DNA of 61,539 nt, counting the filler. It is 6 parts of 6 records of this genome, joined end to end, with 100 filler letters (N's around TTAATTAATTAA, not from the genome) between each part and the next. Parts side by side here need not be neighbours in the genome. Positions count along the whole stretch, not along the records: positions 1 to 25,786 come from DRR723986_20803; positions 25,887 to 31,958 come from DRR723986_20871; 4 more parts are not named here. One strand, written 5' to 3'. Of the stretch, positions 20,505 through 29,261 are shown piece by piece (position 1 is the stretch's first letter; every line of letters begins with the position of its first letter). The translations under genes and the position numbers were made by a program. The notes beneath the pieces were generated by a model. That model ran no database searches and had not been told where the DNA came from. It saw nothing but the letters and a program-made list of their open reading frames with translations.

Positions 20505-20537
20505 AATCCCCTTTCTAAACGAGTTAAAAAGGGGATT
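20505..20537. terminator. Probable terminator hairpin
   Basis: AATCCCCTTT...AAAGGGGATT inverted repeat. Confidence 0.6.
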
Positions 20538-20635
20538 CCATGAAAAAATCTACTACTGCTTACAAAATGCTGTTGCAAGAGCGTAAAGCACAAATGTAAC
20601 TAAGAATTTAATTGAATGGTGAAATTTAACCTTCT

Positions 20636-21700
20636 TTAACCAGATATTAACTTTTGTTTGGAAGGGTTTGTTTGCAAATAAATGACGAACTGAAGTAACG
20701 GCCAGGCTAAAGGATCCAGGTTAAGACTCAGTTTCAGAGAATTGTATTTGTCATATTTTGATTGGAATTTTACCGTCAATTCGAATTGCTCTATGGCTGC
20801 ATCTTCCCAAAGTATGGTATATTGATTTCCTCGTCTTCTGTGATGAATTCCTTGTCTGGATAATTCGAATTCATTGGTTTCTATTCTGTTTGACTTACTC
20901 AATAAATCAATCCAAGAAATGATAGTAGGACGTACACATAAATTATCGACAGCGTTTAAAATGAGTTCATATATTGATTCAGCATTTTTTTCTCCTATAC
21001 CGAAGGGACGACCAAAAATGATGTTATCGCCAACAAGTGCTCCTTCTTTATATAGGCCAATTTCAAAAGAAGTATGTGCGGTTATTCCATTGACTTTGGA
21101 GATTGATTTGGCGTATGTTACTCCCGCTATTTTAGACAGGTCATGAGTAATGCCATTCCATTCTAACGTTTCATTTGTAATTTTTATGGTTTTGTTTTTG
21201 CCAAAAATTCCTGTATCAAATTCTTGTAAGATATTGACAGTATAATTGGGTGGAGGATTAAAGTCGGCTTTTAGTGAACTAATTTGTTCCTGAATTTCAG
21301 ATTCAGTGCGGTCCAGCCTTTTTTTGGTAATGTTTAGTTCTCGCAAATATTTAATCACCTCTATTTCAAAACGTGAATCAAAAGAAAATTCAATTTTTAT
21401 TTGTGAAGAAATAAAAAATCTTAGCAGGTTATTATCAACCGCATCAGATTCGATCTCATAGCATGTAATTTCTTTGTAAAGCAAAGCAGTGCTTTGTCCA
21501 GTTGCATTCAGTCTGATTTCCATCCCCTTTGGATGTCCGATCAGTGAAATTAACTCACCCTTCATGGGTTTAGCTTGGTTTTGATCAAAACCAGTAATTC
21601 CTGAATGGTAATTGATTTTATCAATGAGATTAGGGAATTCTGAAAACAAACCTTTTTTTCCAATTCTTGCCCTTATTTCTTTGCGTTTAAGAAATTGCAT
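20636..21700 (-). CDS. Hypothetical protein, possible tandem PH-like domains
   Basis: Long open frame; repeated 'I.IT.E.L....I.L.I/W' patterns; ATG at 21700. Confidence 0.6.
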   Translation of the reverse strand: MQFLKRKEIRARIGKKGLFSEFPNLIDKINYHSGITGFDQNQAKPMKGELISLIGHPKGMEIRLNATGQSTALLYKEITCYEIESDAVDNNLLRFFISSQIKIEFSFDSRFEIEVIKYLRELNITKKRLDRTESEIQEQISSLKADFNPPPNYTVNILQEFDTGIFGKNKTIKITNETLEWNGITHDLSKIAGVTYAKSISKVNGITAHTSFEIGLYKEGALVGDNIIFGRPFGIGEKNAESIYELILNAVDNLCVRPTIISWIDLLSKSNRIETNEFELSRQGIHHRRRGNQYTILWEDAAIEQFELTVKFQSKYDKYNSLKLSLNLDPLAWPLLQFVIYLQTNPSKQKLISG

Positions 21701-21714
21701 ATCCAAAAATATTA

Positions 21715-21746
21715 AAAAAGCCCAGTCAATACTGACCAGGCTTTTT
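21715..21746 (-). terminator. Intrinsic terminator
   Basis: AAAAAGCC-CAGTCA..TGACCA-GGCTTTTT imperfect hairpin just after the T9SS gene stop. Confidence 0.65.
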
Positions 21747-21763
21747 CGAAAAACTTTTACGAT

Positions 21764-22984
21764 TTATTTTTTAACGATAGGAATTGAGATGTCATCTCCT
21801 GATCCGTTAATTTTGATCAAATAAGTTCCATTATCAAAATCAGAAAAATCCAATTCAATCAGTTTGGTCATTGGTGCTAGATTCAATTCAGAGTAAACTA
21901 ATTTTCCGGCAATGTCATAGATTTTCAGGTCGATAGATTCAACTGAACCACCTAGTGTGATTTTAGCTAAATCAGTAGTAGGATTAGGGAACACTTCTAC
22001 ATTGCCAAAACTCAATTCAGAAATACTGACATTATTAATAGTCGTGCATGCCGAAGTGTCGGAACACGTACCATCTGAAATAATGACTGCGTAATCTCCA
22101 TTTACTTCAGGAGTAAAACTTTGATTTGTTTCTCCAGGTAAAGCAACATGTCCAGGACATTCAACCCACTGGTAAGTCATTCCACTTGCTGTGGCCATAA
22201 ATGTTCCGTTAGAAATTGAAGTGGATACATCTAATGGGGCTCCTTCGGTTAGGGTAACACTTAAATTGGTGACACAACCTCCAGCGTCCATTACGGCTAC
22301 ATTGTAGGTTCCAGCTGGTAATCCAGTAACATCTTCTGAATCGTCAAAATCTCCTGTTCCATCAATATCCCAGTCGTATGTGAATGGTGCAGTTCCCGTT
22401 ACGGTTAAATCTATTTCACCTGTTGATGCTCCATTACAAACAATATTGGTGATTGCCTCTTGCACTGAGGGGGCTGTACAAGGCGTGTAATCTACCGTTA
22501 CTCTGAAATAGACATCATTCGTTGTTGGAAAATGATCAAATTGATTCACCATTGAGGCATTCGTAAAATCCACCATAAACGTATTTGTTCCAGACGGCAC
22601 ATAACTAGATGGTGAAATGCTCCAGGTATTATTGATACTTCCTCCTGAGCAATTAATAGCTGTTCCATTAACCACATTGCCGCTCGCAGTTGTGTTTAAT
22701 GTAGTTGGGTGCGATCCCCCACCATCTGTGATGGTATTGTAAAATTCAATATCAATTGATGAAGGAGTTCCTGATCCAGTACTTGTCCACGAAAATCCCC
22801 AGGTGTTATTGATAGCCATTTGCTTGGCTTCCTCGGGTCCTGTAAATGGAGCCGAACAGATATCACCACTTGTGAGTTCAAGACCTATAAAATCTGCAGG
22901 TACAATATCGTAAACAACGATTTGCGAATTGGCGCTTACACTAAATAAAAGTGCTAAAGCCATTAAAGAGTAAAGTTTTTTCAT
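21764..22984 (-). CDS. T9SS type A secreted protein with SprB-like repeat
   Basis: Signal MKKLYSLMALALL; CNGASTGEIDLTVTGTAPFTYDW SprB repeat; VFPNP..IYDIAGKLV..IVKK. Confidence 0.85.
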   Translation of the reverse strand: MKKLYSLMALALLFSVSANSQIVVYDIVPADFIGLELTSGDICSAPFTGPEEAKQMAINNTWGFSWTSTGSGTPSSIDIEFYNTITDGGGSHPTTLNTTASGNVVNGTAINCSGGSINNTWSISPSSYVPSGTNTFMVDFTNASMVNQFDHFPTTNDVYFRVTVDYTPCTAPSVQEAITNIVCNGASTGEIDLTVTGTAPFTYDWDIDGTGDFDDSEDVTGLPAGTYNVAVMDAGGCVTNLSVTLTEGAPLDVSTSISNGTFMATASGMTYQWVECPGHVALPGETNQSFTPEVNGDYAVIISDGTCSDTSACTTINNVSISELSFGNVEVFPNPTTDLAKITLGGSVESIDLKIYDIAGKLVYSELNLAPMTKLIELDFSDFDNGTYLIKINGSGDDISIPIVKK

Positions 22985-23083
22985 ATTAATAGTTTTGTTC
23001 AAGTTAAGATTTTTATCCATTAAATCCGAGAAATATGATTTTACCTGTGTAAAAATTAACTGAATTTCAGGCTTTTGTACTGC

Positions 23084-23791
23084 TTATGGAAAATCCCATC
23101 TTGCTCTAAATCCACGGCAGTCGAAATGCAGATTCATAGATCCAGGATATAGGCCCAAACCTCCGTTATTACCAACAATTGATTGCAACATTTCATAAAC
23201 AATCATTTTATCTGTTTGATTACTTTCTCCATCTCCGTTAATATCATCAACGCCAATATCAATTGCCTTCCCAAACATGTGTTGACTATATGATGCGCCA
23301 TTCACGTCTGCATTTTTTTGAGGATGACGGTGAGCTGTTCGAATATGGAATCCATATTTGTTATATCCTTGATTATCTAATTCGTGAATCAGAGAGAGCA
23401 TCATGTATAATACTTCTTTGGCTACTAACCAGTATTGTTCGAATTCTGGATAAGGATCTTGTTTAAAAGCTTTGTAATAGTCGTCATGAGGAATAAAATC
23501 TCTTACGGTGAAGCAGCCAACAACTTTGCGGTCTATTTGGGTACCCAATATTTTGTAAAAATCTCTGTTTTTAAGTTCCTTGTGAAATTTATTTTCGGGA
23601 TGAGAGTAGCTTTTGTAGCGTTCATCTAAATCATTATAATTGACTTGTTCAAATTGATCAAGAACTGAATCTATCCCCGATTTGGTCAGAATATCTTCTT
23701 GTTGATTTTTGATGGACTCAATTTTCTCTTTTTCGCTTTTATGGCAACTAAAAATCAGGCAACAGAAGGCCATGTAAAGAAATGTTTTCAT
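23084..23791 (-). CDS. Peptidase M15 family (D-Ala-D-Ala metallopeptidase) lipoprotein
   Basis: Lipobox-like IFSC; HRHPQKN..GASYSQHMFGKAIDI and HFDCRG zinc motifs. Confidence 0.8.
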   Translation of the reverse strand: MKTFLYMAFCCLIFSCHKSEKEKIESIKNQQEDILTKSGIDSVLDQFEQVNYNDLDERYKSYSHPENKFHKELKNRDFYKILGTQIDRKVVGCFTVRDFIPHDDYYKAFKQDPYPEFEQYWLVAKEVLYMMLSLIHELDNQGYNKYGFHIRTAHRHPQKNADVNGASYSQHMFGKAIDIGVDDINGDGESNQTDKMIVYEMLQSIVGNNGGLGLYPGSMNLHFDCRGFRARWDFP

Positions 23792-23987
23792 GTGTGTAGG
23801 TTTTTGTGAGACAGTAAGATAAGGGGATGCTGAGCTGGAAAAAGTTAATAAAAGTTATAGCTGAACTTATCTAAGAAACTTTAACTTAAAAAAACTTAAA
23901 TTCATTTTTGATTAATCGTGATTACTCCTTGAATTCTGGTATTTTTGATTTATCCAAGCAGATAAAAAAATATTTTCCCTTGCTCAA

Positions 23988-25346
23988 TTGACGCAATCAC
24001 TTGAGAATTTCATTCTTTCAAATTTTGGATCTAAAAGCTATTGGGTAATAGCCGAAGTCGCAAAAAAGAACGAAAAAGGAGGACATGTTTACTTGGAGTT
24101 AGTAGACAGTGATGAAGGCAGAACTACGGCATTGATGTCCGCTACAATTTGGTCTTCAGCGGTTCAGAAAATTAAGACTGCATTGGGTGCTGATTACCAA
24201 AACATTTTAGTTGCTGGAAACAAGGTGTTGTTTCAGATGAGAATTGAGTACCATAAAATTTATGGACTGAAACTGAATGTGTTGGATATAGATCCATCTT
24301 TTTCATTTGGAGAGATAGAAAAACAAAAGCAAGAGACCATTGTGAAATTAAAAGCTGAGGGGCTATTTGATTTACAAAGGGAATTATATCTTCCTGTACT
24401 GTCGAAAAAAATAGCTTTAATTGGATCGGCCGGTACAGCTGGATATAGAGATTTTGTTACGAAGTTGACCAATAACACTGTCTATAGAAATTTTCAAATC
24501 AAAGAATTTCAAGCAAGCGTTCAGGGTGACAAGGCTGCACCTGAATTGATTGAAGCTTTGAAAGAGGCACGTTCTTATGATGTAGATGCAATAGTAATGT
24601 TGAGAGGTGGGGGAAGTAAAATGGATTTGAATGTTTTCAATAATTACGATTTATCTAAACAGATATGTTTAACAAAAATTCCAGTTATTACCGGAATAGG
24701 ACATGAGTATGATGAGGTTGTAGCGGATTTGGTTTGCAGAAAAATGTGTATCACGCCAACAGCAGCCGCTGAATTTTTGTACATCCAGATTGGAACCTTT
24801 TCAGCTGAATTAAAAAGTGGGTTTGATGCTATTATTAATTATTCACGGGGAATGTTGGGAGGATTGAAGGATGAGTTTTATCATGTCCATCAGTACCTGC
24901 TGCATAACAGTAAACAGTTTTTGTTGGAGTATCAATGGGCTTTGAAAGATCAGGCGCATGAATTACAAAACGGTTTTTTGGCAGCGCTTCAAGATGAAAA
25001 ATTGCAAGTAGATTTAATTAAAGATAAGGTGAAATCGGCTAGTAAAAATACAATTGCCTTGGAATTGGATACGCAATTACCGTCTAAATTAGATCGACTG
25101 CTAACGGCATCTGGTAATTATTTTGACAGTAGAAAAGTAGAGTTAGAAAATTTAGGTGAATTATTGGATATGTTGAATCCTCAACGGTTATTAGAAAGTG
25201 GATATACTATTTCAACTGTGGAGGATATTGATTTAAATAAGTCAACCTTGGGTGTTGTAGGCAAAGAGATGAAGACCTTGTCATCAATTGGTTTGATAAC
25301 AAGTACGATTGAAAAAATTGACAGAAATAAGAAAAATGAAAATTGA
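23988..25346 (+). CDS. xseA: Exodeoxyribonuclease VII large subunit (true start probably upstream, near 23952)
   Basis: GHVYLEL OB-fold, VQGD, RGGGS, TGIGHE, TPTAAA. Confidence 0.93.
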   Translation: MTQSLENFILSNFGSKSYWVIAEVAKKNEKGGHVYLELVDSDEGRTTALMSATIWSSAVQKIKTALGADYQNILVAGNKVLFQMRIEYHKIYGLKLNVLDIDPSFSFGEIEKQKQETIVKLKAEGLFDLQRELYLPVLSKKIALIGSAGTAGYRDFVTKLTNNTVYRNFQIKEFQASVQGDKAAPELIEALKEARSYDVDAIVMLRGGGSKMDLNVFNNYDLSKQICLTKIPVITGIGHEYDEVVADLVCRKMCITPTAAAEFLYIQIGTFSAELKSGFDAIINYSRGMLGGLKDEFYHVHQYLLHNSKQFLLEYQWALKDQAHELQNGFLAALQDEKLQVDLIKDKVKSASKNTIALELDTQLPSKLDRLLTASGNYFDSRKVELENLGELLDMLNPQRLLESGYTISTVEDIDLNKSTLGVVGKEMKTLSSIGLITSTIEKIDRNKKNEN

Positions 25347-25530
25347 GAAGGATTTAAAATACGAGGTAGCGCTTGAGCGCCTTCAAGAAATTGTGAATTT
25401 GTTAGAACGCAAAGAAATCAAAATAGATAATCTGGCCGAAAAAGTGAAAGAAGCGAAAGCTTTAGTGGATTATTGTCGTGAGAAGTTAGAAAAAACTGAG
25501 GAAGAAATAAATAAAATAATTGAACCCTAG
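25336..25530 (+). CDS. xseB: Exodeoxyribonuclease VII small subunit
   Basis: YEVALERLQEIVNLLE..L...C.EKL; overlaps xseA end. Confidence 0.93.
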   Translation: MKIEKDLKYEVALERLQEIVNLLERKEIKIDNLAEKVKEAKALVDYCREKLEKTEEEINKIIEP

Positions 25531-25593
25531 TCAATTAAAAAAAAACTTTAAAAAAAATTTTCAATTAATCATTGACTATTTAAAAAAGTGAAT

Positions 25594-25601
25594 TATATTT
25601 G
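25594..25601 (+). promoter_or_regulatory. Bacteroidota -7 promoter element for the tRNA locus
   Basis: TATATTTG with an upstream TTG at 25572. Confidence 0.7.
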
Positions 25602-25628
25602 CACCCGCATTGAAGCAATGCACAGTGG

Positions 25629-25679
25629 GGGCTTTTAGCTCAGCTGGTTCAGTCATCCCGACTTGTCGGGAGGGTCACT
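25629..25679 (+). pseudogene. Truncated tRNA-Val-like copy with palindromic replacement of the anticodon arm
   Basis: 5' part identical to the downstream tRNA-Val, then TCCCGAC-TT-GTCGGGA, GGGTCACT, and no complete T-arm or acceptor 3' strand. Confidence 0.75.
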
Positions 25680-25711
25680 AGCCAAGAAGACAACTTGCCA
25701 AAACACCGTGG

Positions 25712-25786
25712 GGGCTTTTAGCTCAGCTGGTTCAGAGCACCTGCCTTACAAGCAGGGGGTCACTGGTTCGAATCCAGTAAGGCCCA
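25712..25786 (+). tRNA. tRNA-Val(TAC)
   Basis: Acceptor GGGCTTT/AAGGCCC, anticodon arm CCTGC-CTTACAA-GCAGG, GGTTCGAATCC T-loop; ends at the contig edge. Confidence 0.95.
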
Positions 25787-25886
25787 NNNNNNNNNNNNNN
25801 NNNNNNNNNNNNNNNNNNNNNNNNNNNNNNTTAATTAATTAANNNNNNNNNNNNNNNNNNNNNNNNNNNNNNNNNNNNNNNNNNNN
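25787..25886. other. Artificial contig spacer
   Basis: 44 N + TTAATTAATTAA (stops in six frames) + 44 N. Confidence 0.99.
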
Positions 25887-25908
25887 AAGGCTTTTCGCGT
25901 ATTGGGTG

Positions 25909-25982
25909 CGGGACCGACGAGACTCGAACTCGCGACCTCCTGTGTGACAGACAGGCGTTCTAACCAACTGAACTACGATCCC
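25909..25982 (-). tRNA. tRNA-Asp(GTC)
   Basis: Minus strand GGGATCGTAGTTCAGTTGGTTAGAACG-CCTGT-CTGTCAC-ACAGG-AGGTCGCGAGTTCGAGTCTCGTCGGTCCCG. Confidence 0.95.
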
Positions 25983-25998
25983 AATTTTCAATCTCTTG

Positions 25999-26071
<73 letters not shown>

Positions 26072-26092
26072 TTGTCGCTTCCAAAAGAGCAG

Positions 26093-26100
26093 CAAATATA
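26093..26100 (-). promoter_or_regulatory. Bacteroidota-type -7 promoter for the tRNA pair
   Basis: TATATTTG on the minus strand about 21 nt upstream of tRNA-Ala; suggests an FCB-group host. Confidence 0.55.
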
Positions 26101-26518
26101 AGGCGTTAATATTGGCGGCGCAACTACTTTTTTACAAGTGTGGAAAACTATTGCGTTTTTTTAGCCTTGCGCGCCGTTGTACTTCCGCATAATTTTGCCG
26201 GCTTACAGACAAAAACTGACAAATAGATCGCGTCAATTGATGTGCGATCCACATGTGGCCCCGTTGACGTACGATCACGACAGCAATTGCCACAGCTTAA
26301 AAATCAACTTGCCGCCGGGTGGAAGCCGAACTATTCGTGCAGAGTCTGCAGGGAGAAAAGCCTAAAATCTGCAGCAGAATTTTTGATGCCGAATCCGACG
26401 CGGCGGATGCAAAAATACCATTGAATTGTCTCCAGACCTGAAATCTGGCTCAATGGACATGGAATAGCTCACGAATTTACGGTAATGCCCTTGGCCGCGA
26501 CAGCCAGGAACTTCATAT

Positions 26519-27772
26519 ATGCTCAACCAAATACCCGAACACCTAACAATCGCACATCAACTGCTCGAAGCCGGACATTACCTGAAGGCACGTAGCGAAC
26601 TTGAGGCGCTGCACCGCTCCAAACCGGATGACAGCAACCTGCTTGCGATGCTGGCCTATGCCACGCTCGCCTGTGGAGATGTTGAGGAAGGTACTAACGT
26701 TCTGCGTGAGTCGATTGGCCTAAAACCACAGAACGACTGGCGCTTCTTTGCTCAGGCGCGCGAGCTGGAACAAGCCGGGCACTTCCTGCCCGCACGCGAA
26801 GCTATAGCACGCGCAATCGAGATTAACCCCGAACAGGCTAAGTATTACGCCGTGGCTGCCAACCTGGAGCTGATCGTCACAAATCCGGCGGGAGCTCTGG
26901 AGTTTGCCGAAGCCGGGATCCAGGTAGATCCCGACAACCTGGACTGTCAAAACCTTCGCATTCTGGCCTATGAAGCGCTACATCGCACCAAAACGGCACA
27001 AAAAGCCTATGAAGAATTAATTGAGCGCAGGCCCAACCACGCCCCCAGCTTTGCCAACTACGGCTGGTTTCAACTGCGTACGGGCAAGTGGAGTGATGCG
27101 CTCAGCTCATTTGGCATGGCGCTCTCGATTGACGGACGTGATGTGGCCGCGGCCGAAGGCATGGTAGAGGCACTGAAGTACCGCTACTGGCCGCTGCGAA
27201 TGTTAACATACTTCCTGCGGATGTTCGCACCCACAAGCAAAACCAAGCTCGCAGTTATGCTTGGAGTCGGCTGGGGCGGCTACCTGCTGGTGTTTAACTC
27301 AATGCATAACGTCAGCGTTGCTGCAGGCAATGTTGCCAACTTTATGGCTACAATTTATTGGGTATTTGTGTATTTGAGTCTGGCAGGTGAGGACCTGACA
27401 AATATTTGCGCATTGGTGTTCCGCGAAGGGCGTATGCTGCTGGCGAAAATCTATAAAATCAGTAGCCTGATGTTTTTACTTGCGCCAATCTTGGCTTTTG
27501 GTCTGTTGATCACGGGTTTTCAGATTGAGCACTTTACAATGCAGGTCTTTGGGCTATCACTGCTCACTTCCATCTTTGCGCTGATGGGCTCGCTGTTTCA
27601 CATTGACCGCATCACACGTTATGTCAGCATTGCGGCGTCAATTCTGGCTTTTGTGCCTGTGGTGCTGAGCGTGGTCTTCCTGGGTGAACATAATGACCTG
27701 ACGGCATACGTTCCGTTTTGGGCCGCTGCATTTACGATTCAGGCGGCTGTAGCCGCTTACAGGAACCGTTAA
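26519..27772 (+). CDS. TPR-repeat protein with C-terminal multi-pass membrane domain
   Basis: About 220 aa of TPR-like helices (A...AI.INPE, GWFQL..G..AL) followed by about 6 hydrophobic segments. Confidence 0.8.
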   Translation: MLNQIPEHLTIAHQLLEAGHYLKARSELEALHRSKPDDSNLLAMLAYATLACGDVEEGTNVLRESIGLKPQNDWRFFAQARELEQAGHFLPAREAIARAIEINPEQAKYYAVAANLELIVTNPAGALEFAEAGIQVDPDNLDCQNLRILAYEALHRTKTAQKAYEELIERRPNHAPSFANYGWFQLRTGKWSDALSSFGMALSIDGRDVAAAEGMVEALKYRYWPLRMLTYFLRMFAPTSKTKLAVMLGVGWGGYLLVFNSMHNVSVAAGNVANFMATIYWVFVYLSLAGEDLTNICALVFREGRMLLAKIYKISSLMFLLAPILAFGLLITGFQIEHFTMQVFGLSLLTSIFALMGSLFHIDRITRYVSIAASILAFVPVVLSVVFLGEHNDLTAYVPFWAAAFTIQAAVAAYRNR

Positions 27773-27863
27773 GTGCGGCTCAGGCGCTATTTGTACTGCT
27801 TAAGCGTCGCGGTAGATACAGTTGTATTGTGACGTCCAATTTTGTTGAAACATAGGATTCTTT

Positions 27864-29126
27864 ATGCAGGCCGCTGCCAACGGATCGACGAAGAGTCATA
27901 AGGTCACGGAACTGATCAATGCCGGTGAGTTTATTGAAGCCGAAGACCTGATTCAACAGATAATTGCCGAACAGGGAGCGAGTGCACAGCTCAACATCTT
28001 GCTTGCACACACGCGTCTGGAACGCGGCATGTATCAACGCTCAATTAAAAGTGCCAATCTCGCGCTGGAGTACGAAGCCGAAAACCACCAGGCCTACTAC
28101 TATCTGGCGCTCGCATATGCGCATCTAACTGAGATGTTAAATGCAAATGAAGCGATTCTTCAGGCGCTGTCATTCGAAGCTGCCAATTTTGAGTACCTCA
28201 GTCTGGCGGCGCAAATCAGGCTGCACGAAGGCCAGTCACGCAAAGCGCGGTTTTTTGTGGAAGAGGCCGTAACTCTCAGGCCTGCTGCGGATACTTCTCT
28301 GATTCTTTTGCAAGCAGCTACACTTGTGGTTGGCGGAAGAAACAAGAAGGCCGTCAAACTGTTACACACGATTGAAGTCGCACCTGACGAATTTGAGCAA
28401 GACCCGGTTCGGCATGCCTGGCGTGTTCTGGCTGCCGGTAAATACAAGCAGGCTCTCGAATTATTTCGCTTCGCTCTCATTCAGGGCAACAACCAACTCC
28501 TGGTCAGGATCGGCATCCGCGAATCATTGCGCGCAGTCAGCATTCTACCGCGTTTGTTTAAGTCAACGTTTCGGCCTTTTGCGGAAGCAGGAGCTGGGGC
28601 AAGGTTTGCGGTTCTGGCCACATGTGCGGCTTTAATCGCGGCTCTCATGCAATTTCTGTTTAACTATGGATACGGTGGGGCTGTATTTGTAGCGCTGCAG
28701 CTGGCCATTATAGTGTTGTTAATACAATTATTTGCTGACGTCCTGCAGGATATACCATTTCTATTTTCACACTATGGGCGCAAAAACATGGGGTGGAAGC
28801 GTCGCCGCGCCGTCATGATTATTGCCGTCGGACCATTCATTGCATTGTGTCTGGCGCTTTTCAGTTTTGGACTATTGATGACTGGCGGATTGTGGTTGAT
28901 GTTAATTGGTTTTTCGTTGTTTGCGGCGATTCTGCCGTATTTAAGTTATTTGTTGGCGCTGCGCCGACGTTCACAAAAGCTGAGTAAAATCACGATTGCA
29001 CTTATATTTGTTTTACCCCAATGTTTAGCATTAATCACAGGTCTCGACGACTTTTTGTTCGCGTATTATCCGCTTATGGCCGTGTTGCTTGCTGGACATT
29101 TTGTGGCTGCATCAGCAATCGATTAA
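27864..29126 (+). CDS. TPR-repeat protein with C-terminal membrane domain (paralog of upstream gene)
   Basis: Same size and layout; AYYYLALAYAHL TPR; hydrophobic C-terminal half. Confidence 0.8.
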   Translation: MQAAANGSTKSHKVTELINAGEFIEAEDLIQQIIAEQGASAQLNILLAHTRLERGMYQRSIKSANLALEYEAENHQAYYYLALAYAHLTEMLNANEAILQALSFEAANFEYLSLAAQIRLHEGQSRKARFFVEEAVTLRPAADTSLILLQAATLVVGGRNKKAVKLLHTIEVAPDEFEQDPVRHAWRVLAAGKYKQALELFRFALIQGNNQLLVRIGIRESLRAVSILPRLFKSTFRPFAEAGAGARFAVLATCAALIAALMQFLFNYGYGGAVFVALQLAIIVLLIQLFADVLQDIPFLFSHYGRKNMGWKRRRAVMIIAVGPFIALCLALFSFGLLMTGGLWLMLIGFSLFAAILPYLSYLLALRRRSQKLSKITIALIFVLPQCLALITGLDDFLFAYYPLMAVLLAGHFVAASAID

Positions 29127-29261
29127 TTAGCTTGGCTCGTCTATTTTGGCGCTGCATTCGATTCTGGCAATGATTAGTTATATTTATGCCGAGAGGCCAT
29201 GCATCAGGTTCCGGCGGGGACAGCCATACAACTAATCTTGAACGAGCTCAAGTGAGTTTAC

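Noticed and set aside
25786-25909. Apparent cluster of tRNA-Val, tRNA-Asp and tRNA-Ala
   Set aside because: Val and Asp/Ala are on different contigs separated by a spacer
26177-26424. Two short ORFs (62 and 60 aa) between tRNA-Ala and the TPR gene
   Set aside because: No clear RBS or motif and they overlap each other; likely spurious
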